Positions 23,931 to 34,335 of a stretch of DNA of 64,000 nt are shown in pieces. The stretch is from NCBI RefSeq assembly GCF_001447785.1, contig NW_015166441.1:569007-633006 (forward strand), in the 5' to 3' direction. Each line of letters begins with the position of its first letter. The stretch's first letter is position 1. This DNA comes from Gekko japonicus. Lineage: Eukaryota. The position numbers and the translations under genes are program-made. Under the pieces are notes generated by a model. That model did not search any database and had not been told where the DNA came from. It saw only the letters and a list, made by a program, of their open reading frames with translations.

Positions 23931-24495
23931 CTTAATTTTAGTCGCTGATTATTTTTAAGTTATACAGAATGATTCAGGTATATTAATTACAGCAGTTATG
24001 TATCTAAACAGAACTATCCTTTTAAAAGCAAGGCACTCATGCACAAAATTATAATGCTATACATTAACTGCAAAAGCAAAATAAAAGTTCAGTCTTCTTG
24101 TACGATTTCAGTACAAGCTTTTTACACACGCAATTTCATAAATGTTGTAAATATAAAAACTACTTGTGCAAATCCTTTTAAAAGCAAGGCACCCATGCAC
24201 AAAAGTATAAAGCAAAATTACAATATTTTTAAAGACTCCTTTAGGTCTTTAGATTGCTTAGAATTGCAGCGATATTCTTGTGAAAAGTATGTAGCCTGAT
24301 TCTGTGCAGAGTAAAGTCCAATGATTTTAAAGGATTTATGGCTTCAAATGCCTTTGAATTTACTAAGACTAACTCCAGAGTAAAAAAAATATATTTAGGA
24401 CTGGATTTTATCTCTCATAACTGCCCTCACAGATGTTGAATGGAAGGGGGAAGGAGGACTCACAACTAGAAATACTCTGGTATGCCAAAGTCTAT

Positions 24496-25022
24496 CAAAT
24501 AACAAAACAATGCAGCACACAATACAAAATGGCAAGTAACAGCAAAACAACTGTGTGCTGAAATACCCGCAAGAGTAAATATACAAAAAGAGACTTCAGC
24601 AAAGTGAAACACATATGTAATCAGCAATAAATGTGTACATAAAATCCATTATAGGAAATATAGAAGTCTACAGAATGCATCAAGTCCAAAGTAGATATCC
24701 AACACTTTTCCTAGGTAGTATACAGTGTTTCAGACTTCTGGTCCGTCCTCAGGAACAAAGAGCCACCATAGAAAGTCTCATTCCAATTTCTTTACAAGAC
24801 AATATTGTTCAGTTTCTTTATGGGCCAGGTCTCCTAAGCTTGAAAGTGCACCTCTCAAGGTTGCTACTATGTAGAACAGGACCAAAAATGGAGGCGTCTA
24901 TATTTCCTATGATGGATTTTATGTACAGATTTATTGCTGATTACATATGTGTTCCACTTTGCTGAAGTCTCTTTTTGTTTATTTACTCTTGCGGGTATTT
25001 CAGCACACAGTTGTTACTTGCC
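24496..25022. mobile_element. Penelope-like insertion (distinct family) with inverted arms
   Basis: Arms ~24529-24669 and ~24892-25024; perfect 14-bp TSD atgccaaagtctat at 24482-24495 and 25023-25036; left tail; hammerhead motif inside. Confidence 0.75.
24696..24757 (-). ncRNA. Type I hammerhead ribozyme motif, slightly decayed
   Basis: Minus strand TGTTC-CTGAGGA-C-GGAC cagaa GTCT-GAAACACT-loop-AGTGTT-GGATA; stems I, II and III all pair. Confidence 0.65.
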
Positions 25023-25222
25023 ATGCCAAAGTCTATGACATACTTAATTAAACCACCAGTTTGACTGAATATCAGCGCAGGAGGTTGGTTAGCAGTAAGG
25101 CCAGCCTTCTGAGTTTTATCCTGCATTAATGCTATTAATGCAAAAACAGTCTCACCACAAAAAAATGGAATTTTCTTAAGAGCAAGCCTACTTACAGTTG
25201 CAACCATTATTGTAAAACATAC

Positions 25223-25283
25223 CTGGCTGCTGCCTCCTTTTTCCCATCTTCTAATGTCCGCCAGTTAATGTGATCACCAAAAC
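25223..25283 (-). CDS. TXNDC12: TXNDC12 exon 2
   Basis: (G)FGDHINWRTLEDGKKEAAA(S); AG/GT boundaries; 61 bp. Confidence 0.95.
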
Positions 25284-26497
25284 CTTGGAAGAAAATATGT
25301 GGTACATAATTTACCATACATTATTCACAGGAAATACTAATAATTACTCATATTAAGGCACACCAGCTATAATGGAATAAATTATTTAAAAGAGTAATCA
25401 TCTGAATTAGCATGATATAACACTTAGGCTGGCATTCTCAGGTTCTATTCCAACACTCTAAGGAGAGTTATGTCCTTCTAAGCCCATTGACTTTAGTGGA
25501 CTTGGAGGAATATAACTCAAAGCAGCACTGTGGGAGACCTAGGTTCAGATTCCCACTCTTGTCATGAAACTCACTAAGAGAGCAATGCTATGCCAGTCTG
25601 CTCAGTAGTATGCTCCATTTTATTCAGTAAAGCTTACTCATAAGAAAGCATCCTTAGGATTGCAGCCTAAGTTACTTTGGGCCAGTCACTCTCTCTCAGC
25701 CTAATTCACCAAATAGGATTGTTGTGAGAGTAAAAGAGAGAAGAGGGGGAGTCTGATACATGCTGCCCTGAGTTCCTTGGAAGAAGGGTGGGATAAAAAC
25801 ATACTAAATAAAACATTTTGTTTTGCAAATGCTTTTAATGTTTATTTCTTGCTCAAAAGTTTGTTGTTGTTATTAACTTAGTACTACTGCATTTTAAAGT
25901 GTTAGCAGTTTTATTATATATCATCTTATACCCACATGTACAAGAGAACACTAACTACAGTCAAGTTAACATTTTGTAACCAAACAATATCGATCAAATG
26001 ATAAAATCCTGTTACAAAGCATGTAAAAGAAATAGAAATAACTTCATACCCATGTATCAATATTTATTTCTCACTTCCACTTTTCAGGTCGCTGTTGAAT
26101 AATTGCAGGTTGAGAAACAGAACAGCATTTCTCTAATAAACATAATCCTGGCTATTTACTTGAGCTTAGACATTACTTGAGAACTTGAGTACAGTGGCTA
26201 TATAAACATTTCATAAATAAGGAAAACTGTGGCACACTGATCTCCATTATAAGGAGTTAACCTGTTCTGAAATAAGGAACACCTTCAAGGAATAAAAATC
26301 CTGTCTTTCAGGAGCCTGTGACAGTCAGAATAACATATGCAACCAAACCCTATGCATGTTTATGTACTGGGGTGCAGCAGTGTGTAACAAAAAATATGTG
26401 AGAACAAAATACCAAAGCTGAAACAACTGAAAACGTGCCACCGTCAGGTCAAGCTAAGATTTAATAAGGAAATCAGGAGATTTTGAAACTATTTTAT

Positions 26498-26817
26498 CAG
26501 GAGTCTCCAATATGGTAACTGTGGGTGCCACAGTGCCCACCAACACCTTTCCTGGCACCCGCCAAATGCTTTCAGAAAGCAAGCAAGGATAGATAGGGCT
26601 TTTCCCCAGCAGCACTTCTGCAGATTAAAAAGTACCCTGTTAAATAGAGCTCCTGCCTGAAACTTTGGAAAGGTAACTATTAGAGTTATATATAATATCA
26701 CCCCTGGCATTTGGTGGTTGGCTCCACCTCCTATGGCAGCCATTTTGTGATTGTGCCCACTGTCCTTTGTTAGAAGTCCAGAAGTGCCCACAAGGTCAAA
26801 AAGGTTGAGGACCCGTG
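26498..26817 (+). mobile_element. hAT-like MITE
   Basis: Degenerate TIRs caggagtctccaa / ttgaggacccgtg; TSD not convincing. Confidence 0.5.
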
Positions 26818-26879
26818 GTTTATATGTTAATCTTTAGCTAGACAAGCTGTTTACAGTTGTGTTCGTCAAAAGTAAAAGC

Positions 26880-26985
26880 CAAAAAGCCAAGAACACAATC
26901 CGTGTAACTCCTTTTATTAGGACCAACCCAATGACACATAGCGGCATGCAAGTTTTTAAGTTGACTAGAACTCTTCATCAGGCCA
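26880..26985 (-). mobile_element. Penelope-like fragment with degenerate hammerhead motif
   Basis: Minus strand GCCTGATGA-AGAGTTCTAGTCAACTT-AAAAACTTGCA...ttggtcctaataaaagg. Confidence 0.5.
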
Positions 26986-27166
26986 AATATAAACAAACTA
27001 AAACAAAATAAGGGGGGATTTTTTTTTCAGGTCCTGATTTTGAGACCTTGTTATGCCAGTATATGGTGGATCATATAGTTAGACATAGTGGTACTAAATC
27101 TTATTCTAAAATATAAAATATTTCATTTCAGTTCCAAGAGATCAGTTACAAAATTAATAAACAGAT

Positions 27167-27556
27167 GAGAGGTGTCAAACTCATTTGTTATGAGGGCAGG
27201 ATCTTACATAAATGTCACTTTGTCAGGCCAGGCCATGTGCGCCAAAAAATGTAATGCCAGGTACCGGACAAATAAACTTTATAAAGGACACAGGCAAACC
27301 CAACTAACAACATTATTTTAAACTTACAATACAAACAAAAGCAATTAATTCCTAGTAGTGAAAGCAATTGATTTACTGGGGAACCCACAAAACCCCCAAT
27401 AAATGTATTTAATCACATGCAAGGTTAGGTTTTCCCCCAAAGGATACTATAAAAGGGGGAGTACCTTATATTTCCATACATACCAGTTGCTTGTGGGCCG
27501 GGTAAGAGCCCTGGAGGGCCTGTTCTGGCCCCTGGGCCTTAACTTTGACATCCCTG
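27167..27556 (+). mobile_element. Non-autonomous hAT transposon, same family as 13398
   Basis: gagaggtgtcaaac / tttgacatccctg; TSD aaacagat / aaatagat; shared internal sequence. Confidence 0.85.
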
Positions 27557-27923
27557 AAATAGATAACAGGTTCCCCCCCTAAACCTTTTTTGGGTTTACT
27601 TGTAAATGTTAACAATTTAATTTACACTCCACTTTAAAGCCCCTCTCCCCCTTTTATTTCTACGAAGTGAATGCATTTCCTTTGTTGCTCAGCATTAGTT
27701 AACGGCCTGTGGAAGGTATTATTTTGAAACAGATTGCCTCTCGGATAGCTAATTTAAGTAACAAGATTATATACTTGCAAAGGCATAGAAGGTTCTTTTA
27801 AAAAATACAAGTGATGGATGCCCGAATGTTCAACAAGGAAACCGTTGCCACTAATTGTTTGTTTTTAAAAAGTAATTCAAAACACAAGTAAAAATAGAAA
27901 AGGAAAGAAAATTGATGGCTAAC

Positions 27924-28017
27924 CCTTTCCAAGCCCTTCTCCAGCCGAAATTGTAACAAACAACTGACAGAAAAAGCAAAGAAAAAAAGTAGAGACCGCA
28001 GGTAAGTGAACCTTCAT
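27924..28017 (-). CDS. TXNDC12: TXNDC12 exon 1 (signal peptide)
   Basis: MKVHLPAVSTFFLCFFCQLFVTISAGEGLGK(G): hydrophobic signal peptide; phase-1 GT donor matches exon 2; alternative in-frame ATG at 28038. Confidence 0.88.
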
Positions 28018-28526
28018 AATGCCAACCAGGACCTTCATAACCTTAGCTACTCCGATCAGCACAGCAGACCTCTGAGCAATATCCGATTGATTTAAACCCG
28101 CTTTCTACTTCAAAGGAAATGATGTTTTCGGGAGGATGCGAGGAGTGCGCCGGTGATTTGGGTCCGGGGTGAATTATGCGATACTACTCGCACAGTCTGG
28201 GTAGGAGTTCATACAGAGAATGTTCTGTTTATTTTAACTTCCCCGGAGTTTTAAAAATCTCAAACTATTAAAACAAGGAGCAAAAACTGCGTTTTCGAAG
28301 AAGAACCATGTAAGCTCTTTGACGATGGTTCATAAGATCAATCATAATTCCGCCAATCATTACATGGCGATATCAACACTAAAGAAAATAATTAAACATA
28401 TCTTTTCAGTTTGATTCTCACAAATTAATGTGCCGAACGTCAGCTGGGGAAAATACAGCACGAAAGCACAGGGGGCAGAACAAAATCCTTATATTTTCTT
28501 GCGCTAACAGATGAACAGTTTGCAAA

Positions 28527-28696
28527 CAGGGTTGTCAACAGGCCTGGAGAAAAAAAATATCCTGTCCCTTTAAGAGAGTCTTAATGCATGGAAATGGGAC
28601 AGCAAAAGCTGTTCATGCCAGGAAAATAAATAACATCACCTGGTAAATAAAGGTCGTTGAGTCTCTATGAAAGGGACAGGATATTTTCTCCAGGCT
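28527..28696. mobile_element. Palindromic MITE upstream of the TXNDC12 start codon
   Basis: gcctggagaaaaaaaatatcctgtccctttaagaga mirrored by tctctatgaaagggacaggatattttctccaggc. Confidence 0.7.
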
Positions 28697-28699
28697 TTC

Positions 28700-29140
28700 G
28701 AGCACTACCGCCCGTTTCCAGCCTCCAAAAGACTACAATTCCCGGTATGCTTTATTTCATAGGCATGCTGAGCAGCCTGTAGTTGTATTGTCTGAGACAG
28801 GGAAACCGGAAGAAAGAGCGATCGAAGCAGGTGACCCTGGTGTTTTGCGAAGACAGCCTATTCTCTTCCAATCGGGTGTGAGGGGGCGGGGCAATAATCC
28901 CGTCCCGTGGTCCGAGGACTCCTTTCTCTGGGTGCCTCTCTTTCCATACCTGGACGCCATCTTGTTCTTGCCGCGTGTTGCCTTTGGAGGGTTCGTCAGA
29001 CTTAGGTGAAAACTTCTTGCTTGACCCTTCTTGCCTTTGTGGGCTTCGTGACCCCCCCACAGGTCAACTCTGCAGTTTCCTCTTTCGCGCGGAGAGCTGT
29101 GTATGGTGGGCGGGAGGGGCTGCGGCCTGCGGGTGGACCG
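28700..29140. promoter_or_regulatory. Bidirectional CpG promoter for TXNDC12 and BTF3L4, probably including BTF3L4 non-coding exon 1
   Basis: ZNF143/SBS motif ACTACAATTCCCGGTATGC 28732-28750 and an inverted variant 28762-28783; ETS CCGGAAG 28806; CCAAT 28868; GC box 28883; YY1 CGCCATCTT 28955; candidate donor ttag|gtgaaa at 29005. Confidence 0.8.
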
Positions 29141-29200
29141 NNNNNNNNNNNNNNNNNNNNNNNNNNNNNNNNNNNNNNNNNNNNNNNNNNNNNNNNNNNN
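29141..29200. other. Assembly gap (60 N) in the GC-rich start of BTF3L4 intron 1
   Basis: Run of N. Confidence 1.
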
Positions 29201-30104
29201 CTGATATTAATGTGGCAGTTAAAACTGTGCGGCCCCAGCTGTGTCCAGAGTCTTACACCTAAGACTCCCTTCCTAGCAAGGGGTCCTGTGTCTCTGTACC
29301 AGTTCCAGCCCTTTCTGAAAACAGCAATCGAAGAGGGTCTTCCTCTTACGGGAGATTTGCGATTGTTGACCTCGTTTTTTCAGAATATTTTTTTTAGGTT
29401 CTTCCTAATCCTTCACTTGAGGTGATTGATTTCTCTGTGTGGGTGAGCAGTTCTTTCAGTGTTAGATACTGAAGTTCCCGTAAGGTACGTGGGGTGCCCC
29501 ACATGTCATGCTGAGCATTAATTAACACGCTGCCTTTCCTCCAGAAATCTCTGCCTGACATATATGGTTTCCCTGTTTAATCCTCACAACAGCAGTGTGT
29601 GGTACGTTAAACAGTTTGTGACTGACAATTTACACCTGGTCTCAAGTCAGCACTCCAGTCTGCATGACAGTACCTATTTCCCCTTAGTATTGTGGAGTTT
29701 CTTATCATCTTCACCTCGCTGTAACCAGTTCTGCCCACTTAAGTTTTTCCACAGATAATGATCAGTTTATAGACATCTAAAACTAAGTTATTCATAAAAT
29801 TAATAGCTGAGAGGGACACATTAACAAAGCAGTAATGCCAGAACAACTGAACAATACTTATATGAACCTTGACAAGATATTAATTTTCAGTTTGCAGTAA
29901 AATTATTGTTACCCTACAGACATGCTTTGGGAGTGTCCTGTGTGACTGTTTTTAGTGTAGAGACCATTCTTTAATTTTGGTTGCTCCCTTGTTTTTAGGA
30001 CATGGCTTCTTTTATAATATGGTCTGTGGCTAGTTCATATACTCAGCTTGAATTTGTGTTAGTGTTTTTCTCTTAAGGTCTTGGGAACACCACTTTATAA
30101 TAGA

Positions 30105-31781
30105 CTAGGAAAAAGGCCCGTTGTGGAAATAAATACAACGGCCTCTAGAAAGAGGCTCTGGGTGTTTGCCCCGGCCTTGGACACTCAGTGTCAATTTGCT
30201 GTGGCAACTTCAGCAGGGTATAATGACACTGAGTCCACCATTTTCTCCAGAGGAACTGATCTCTGCTACCTAAAGAACAGTTCTAATTTTGAGTGATCTC
30301 CAGCCCTCACCTGGAGATTGGCAATGATGGTTCCACAGAAGGGAATAGTTGGTTTGGAGGGTGGAGTCTATGGCTTTGTACCTGTCCGAGGTCCCACGCC
30401 TCCTGAAACCTCACCCTCTCCAGGCTCCATCCCTCACATCTCCAGGAATTTCCCACCTGGAGTTGGCAACCCTATCTCCTTCCCAGCCAACCATCAACCT
30501 ACCTTTATTTCCCCCTCACTCTTCAGCTTTCCACCCCCCACACACCTGCAGCCTCTCTCTGAAGCCCTGACTGCTGCGTCACATTGGCTGTCATATGGGG
30601 GCCACCTCAGCAGCATATAAGGATACAGAGCCCACCATTTTCTCCAGGGGAACTGATCTCTGCCATCTGAAAAGCAGTTGTAATTCTGAGTGATCTCCAG
30701 CCCTCACCTGGAGATTGGACACATTTTACCTCAGAACAGCAAAACTGTTTAGAATGTTAGAGGCAAAAGCCAATCAAGTCACATATGCAAACAACCTCTG
30801 TGTTCCGAGGCACAATGAGGCTGCATATGCAAATAATCTCTGTGTTCTGACTGGCTATGGGGGGGAGTTGTTGTTGTTGTTCAGTTGCACAGTCGAGTCC
30901 GACTCTTCGCGACCCCATGGACCAGCTCCCGCCAGACCCTCCTGTCTTCCGCTGTCCTCTGAAGTTGGCTCAATTTCATGTTCGTTGCGTCGATGACACT
31001 GTTCAACCATCTCATCCTTTGCCGAATTCTGGGCCTTCCTTATGGTCCAGCTTTCGCAGCCATACATTACTACTGGGAATAACATCGCTTTGATCATGCG
31101 GACTTTTGTTGGCAGGGTGATGTCTCTGCTTTTTATCATGCTGTTTAGGTTCGCCATCGCTTTCCTCCCAAGGAGCAGGCGTCTTTTAATTTCATGGCTT
31201 CTGTCACAGTCTGCGGTGTTCTGGGATCCCAGGAACGTGAAGTCTGTCACCACTTCCTCGACTTCCCCTTCTATTTGCCAAGGAGTGATGGGGCCGAATG
31301 CCATGATCTTAGTTTTTTTGATGTTGAGCTTCAAGCCCACTTTTGCGCTCTCCTCTTTTACCCTGAGCAAGAGGCTCTTAAGGTCCTCTTCACTTTCTGC
31401 CATCAGAGTGGTATCGTCTGCATATCTGAGGTTGTTGATCTTTTCCCCAGAAAACTTAATTCTGGCTTGTGATTCATCCAGGCCAGCATTTCGCATGATG
31501 TACTCTGCATATATATTAAATAAGCAAGGTGACAATATACATCCTTGTCGTACTCCTTTTCCTATGCTAAACCAATCAGTTGTTCCATATCCGGTTCTAA
31601 CTGTCGCTTCTTGGCCCGAGGATTAGCAAAATGTTTAGAATGTTGGAGGCAGGACTCAGGCAAAGCAGCCAGTGGATAGGGAGACCCTCTGAATGACAGA
31701 TCAGAGAGCGAACTGATTTTGGAGTGTGTGGAATGTTCTAGAGAAGTGCCACTACCATTCGGCTTTCATTTATAAGGGAGA
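30105..31781 (-). mobile_element. Non-autonomous Helitron
   Basis: Minus strand starts A|TCTCCCTTATAAATGAAAG and ends with hairpin GCCGTTGT...ACAACGGGC then CTAG|T; inserted between A and T with no TSD; internal direct repeats. Confidence 0.7.
30867..31616 (-). mobile_element. RTE-BovB LINE 3' fragment inside the Helitron
   Basis: ORF 30855-31535: SPCLFNIYAE, NNLRYADDTTLMAESEE, YGCESWT; (CAA)n tail; internal deletion. Confidence 0.92.
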
Positions 31782-32584
31782 TAAGGCTTAGGGAAGGTGT
31801 AGTATTTTGAAACAAGGAATGTCTTTATTACGTAGGAAAACTGTTGCTTTTTGTTTTTCCCCATATTTCAGTAAGGTATGGCTTCCTATCCCTGAATACT
31901 AGATGAATGTATCTCACAGTTGGGTTTCTGTTATCAAGTGGAGTGGGAGCTCATCCTCCTGGATGTTTTCATTCTGTAGAAGTGCATTCCTATTTACCCA
32001 TTCTAGGAAACAATTCTCTCTAGAAGTATTTCTGTTTCCCATTTTTATCAATGCTCCTTATGTAAATACACTGTCTTTCAAGGCTGAAAGAAAGGCAGTT
32101 CCTATTGTGTCTTTCTTTCATAATCTGAACTTCTTTGTAGTCTTAGGAGTAGGTGATTGGAACACATTATGTGTAGGGTTCCCTCTGTCAAGTCATTAAT
32201 GCAGGGATTGCAGTTGCCAGTTTTGGAAAACCTCTTTCTTCTTTTTCATCCCATCAAAGGGTTGAGCCCTTTTCTTCCTATCAAAACTATTCAGCTGGGT
32301 GCCTCCATTCGTATGTCAGAAGGAATTAGAGCTAGTTTCAAACCAGGAGTCTATTTATACTCTGTGTGCTAAGGAAGAACCAAACTGAACATGCAGCATA
32401 TGAGAAATAAGTTGTGTTAGGCCTGTTGCAGAAAACTGTGGCTTGCTATGATATCTGAATGCTTTGCTTACGTGTTTATATAGAGAATGTAATATAGGAA
32501 AGGTTATATGCATGTTTGCATCTGAATATATGCATTATAAAAACTTGATTAGCTTCCAAATATGTGTCAAATGCAATACAAAAA

Positions 32585-32880
32585 TATTTTATTTTATTTA
32601 TTGGGATTTTTACCCCGCCCTCCCCGTGAAACGGGCTCAGGGCAGCTTACAAGGGGCAAAGCTCATATAAAACAGGATAAAAGCAATAAAAACATTAATA
32701 ACAATCACAAACAACAATGATACTCAATTGAAAGCTGGATGGTCCCCGAATATATGCAATGATGGTAAACAGACAGTTCTCTGGGGATGATGATGTCCTA
32801 TAGCTGATCCCAAGCAAGTAAGTCCGGTGATATCAGTCGCACGAAATTGTGGCAGATCTTCCCGGGCCATCCTTAACCCC
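32585..32880 (-). mobile_element. L2-type LINE 3' end
   Basis: ttttattttatttattgggatttttaccccgccctcccc...gggctcagggcagcttacaa. Confidence 0.55.
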
Positions 32881-33236
32881 GAAATATGTTTCAGTTTGAC
32901 TGTTATGATAATATATACATTTCTTTATACATGAGCATGAACCTCTGCCCAAAGCATACAGTATTTATTGGTCTTTGCTTGCATGCAAATGTATTTTAGA
33001 TTGTTATTTTTTATGTTTAAGTAGGTTTGCACATCACAGAAGTGTTGTGAGGCCAAGTTGCTCCTGTTAATTGCTTAGAAGGTGGTCAGGTGCGATCAAC
33101 CTTAAGTATAATATAATCTCCAAAATTCTCTTTGTTTTTGTCATACATATTCCCAGCATTCTGACACACTAGCTTGACTAAAATGGTACATAAGGCAGAG
33201 CTGTGCAGATGACGGTGTAGAGTTATATGCAAATGG

Positions 33237-33470
33237 AGGTGGCTAAGCTCCCCCACTCCTCCACTTGCAGCGGCTGGATGACCTTGGGCAAGCCATAGTT
33301 CTGTAAGAGCTGTTCTTGAAAGAGCACTTTCTGTCAGACCTCTCTCAGCCCCATCTACCTCACAGGGTGTCCATTGTGGGGAGGGGACGGGAGGGGAAGG
33401 GAAAGGAGGTTGTAACCCGTTCTGAGATTCCAAGTGAAGGGTGGGATATAAATCTAATCTTCTCCTCCTC
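33237..33470 (+). mobile_element. Squam3-like SINE, 5' truncated
   Basis: ccccactcctccacttgcag...ctcacagggtgt...gggatataaatct and (CTC)n tail. Confidence 0.7.
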
Positions 33471-33691
33471 TCACTGATTCCCATTGAATTCTGTGATACA
33501 AAGTAAATGGATTTCAATGTAGATGTAGGACATGATCAAAGGGGAGGAAAGCTTCCTGATTTTAGACACTCAGATCATTAAACAGATTTATTCCACACTC
33601 CATTCCCTTTGTGCATAGTTTTATTTCTCTCTGTTTTATCAATGGCTGCTACTTTTTCCTATGGAGAAAAGTGAGTACTGAAGTTACAGAT

Positions 33692-34150
33692 TAGGGATGG
33701 GCATGGACCAGAAAAATTGAGGTCCATATAGGTTCACGGTTTGTGGGTTTCACAAACTACGAATTTTCATGACCCGTATGCTAGAGATGCCAAACTCACA
33801 ATGATTCTCCAGCTGACTCTCCTCTACCTGCCCTCCCAAGTTTGGTGAAAGTTGGATGTGGGGGGCCGAGTTACAGCCATCCAAAGCAGGTGCCCCCAGG
33901 AAAGTGCTCTTTGGGGAAATCACAGCTGCAGGTTCAGGAGTGTGTAGAATAGACCCCTTGCAAGCTAGGGGCATCAAGCTTGCAGAGGACCTCCCTGGGG
34001 TGCCCCTCTACCTGCCCTCCAAGTTGTGTGCAGATTGGTTTTGGATTACAGCTCATTTCCAGATGCAGTCTGCTCCCATAGAGCAGAATGTGAGCTCTCT
34101 TATTGGCAGCCAGAGCTGGGTTCAGGAACAGGAAGAGATGCTATTATTTT
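33692..34150 (+). mobile_element. hAT-Ac-like element, partial
   Basis: Starts tagggatgggcatggacc, similar to the element at 41197; internal repeat cctctacctgccctcc(c)aagtt. Confidence 0.45.
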
Positions 34151-34335
34151 TACTTGATTGCTTGAGTTCCAGCATTTAGAACATTGTTGCGGTCTGACTT
34201 GGTCAGGAGAATAACAGGGATAAGAATTAGAATGTGTATACTTGATATTTTGACAACATCGACAAATAATGATTTTTTCAAAATTTGAATGTTTTAATCC
34301 TACCTGGTTTATGTACTCTTTCAGGATAAAGCAAG

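Noticed and set aside
28976-28990. Shared tg(t/c)tgcctttggagg motif here and at ~60161
   Set aside because: Short match with no known motif; may be chance
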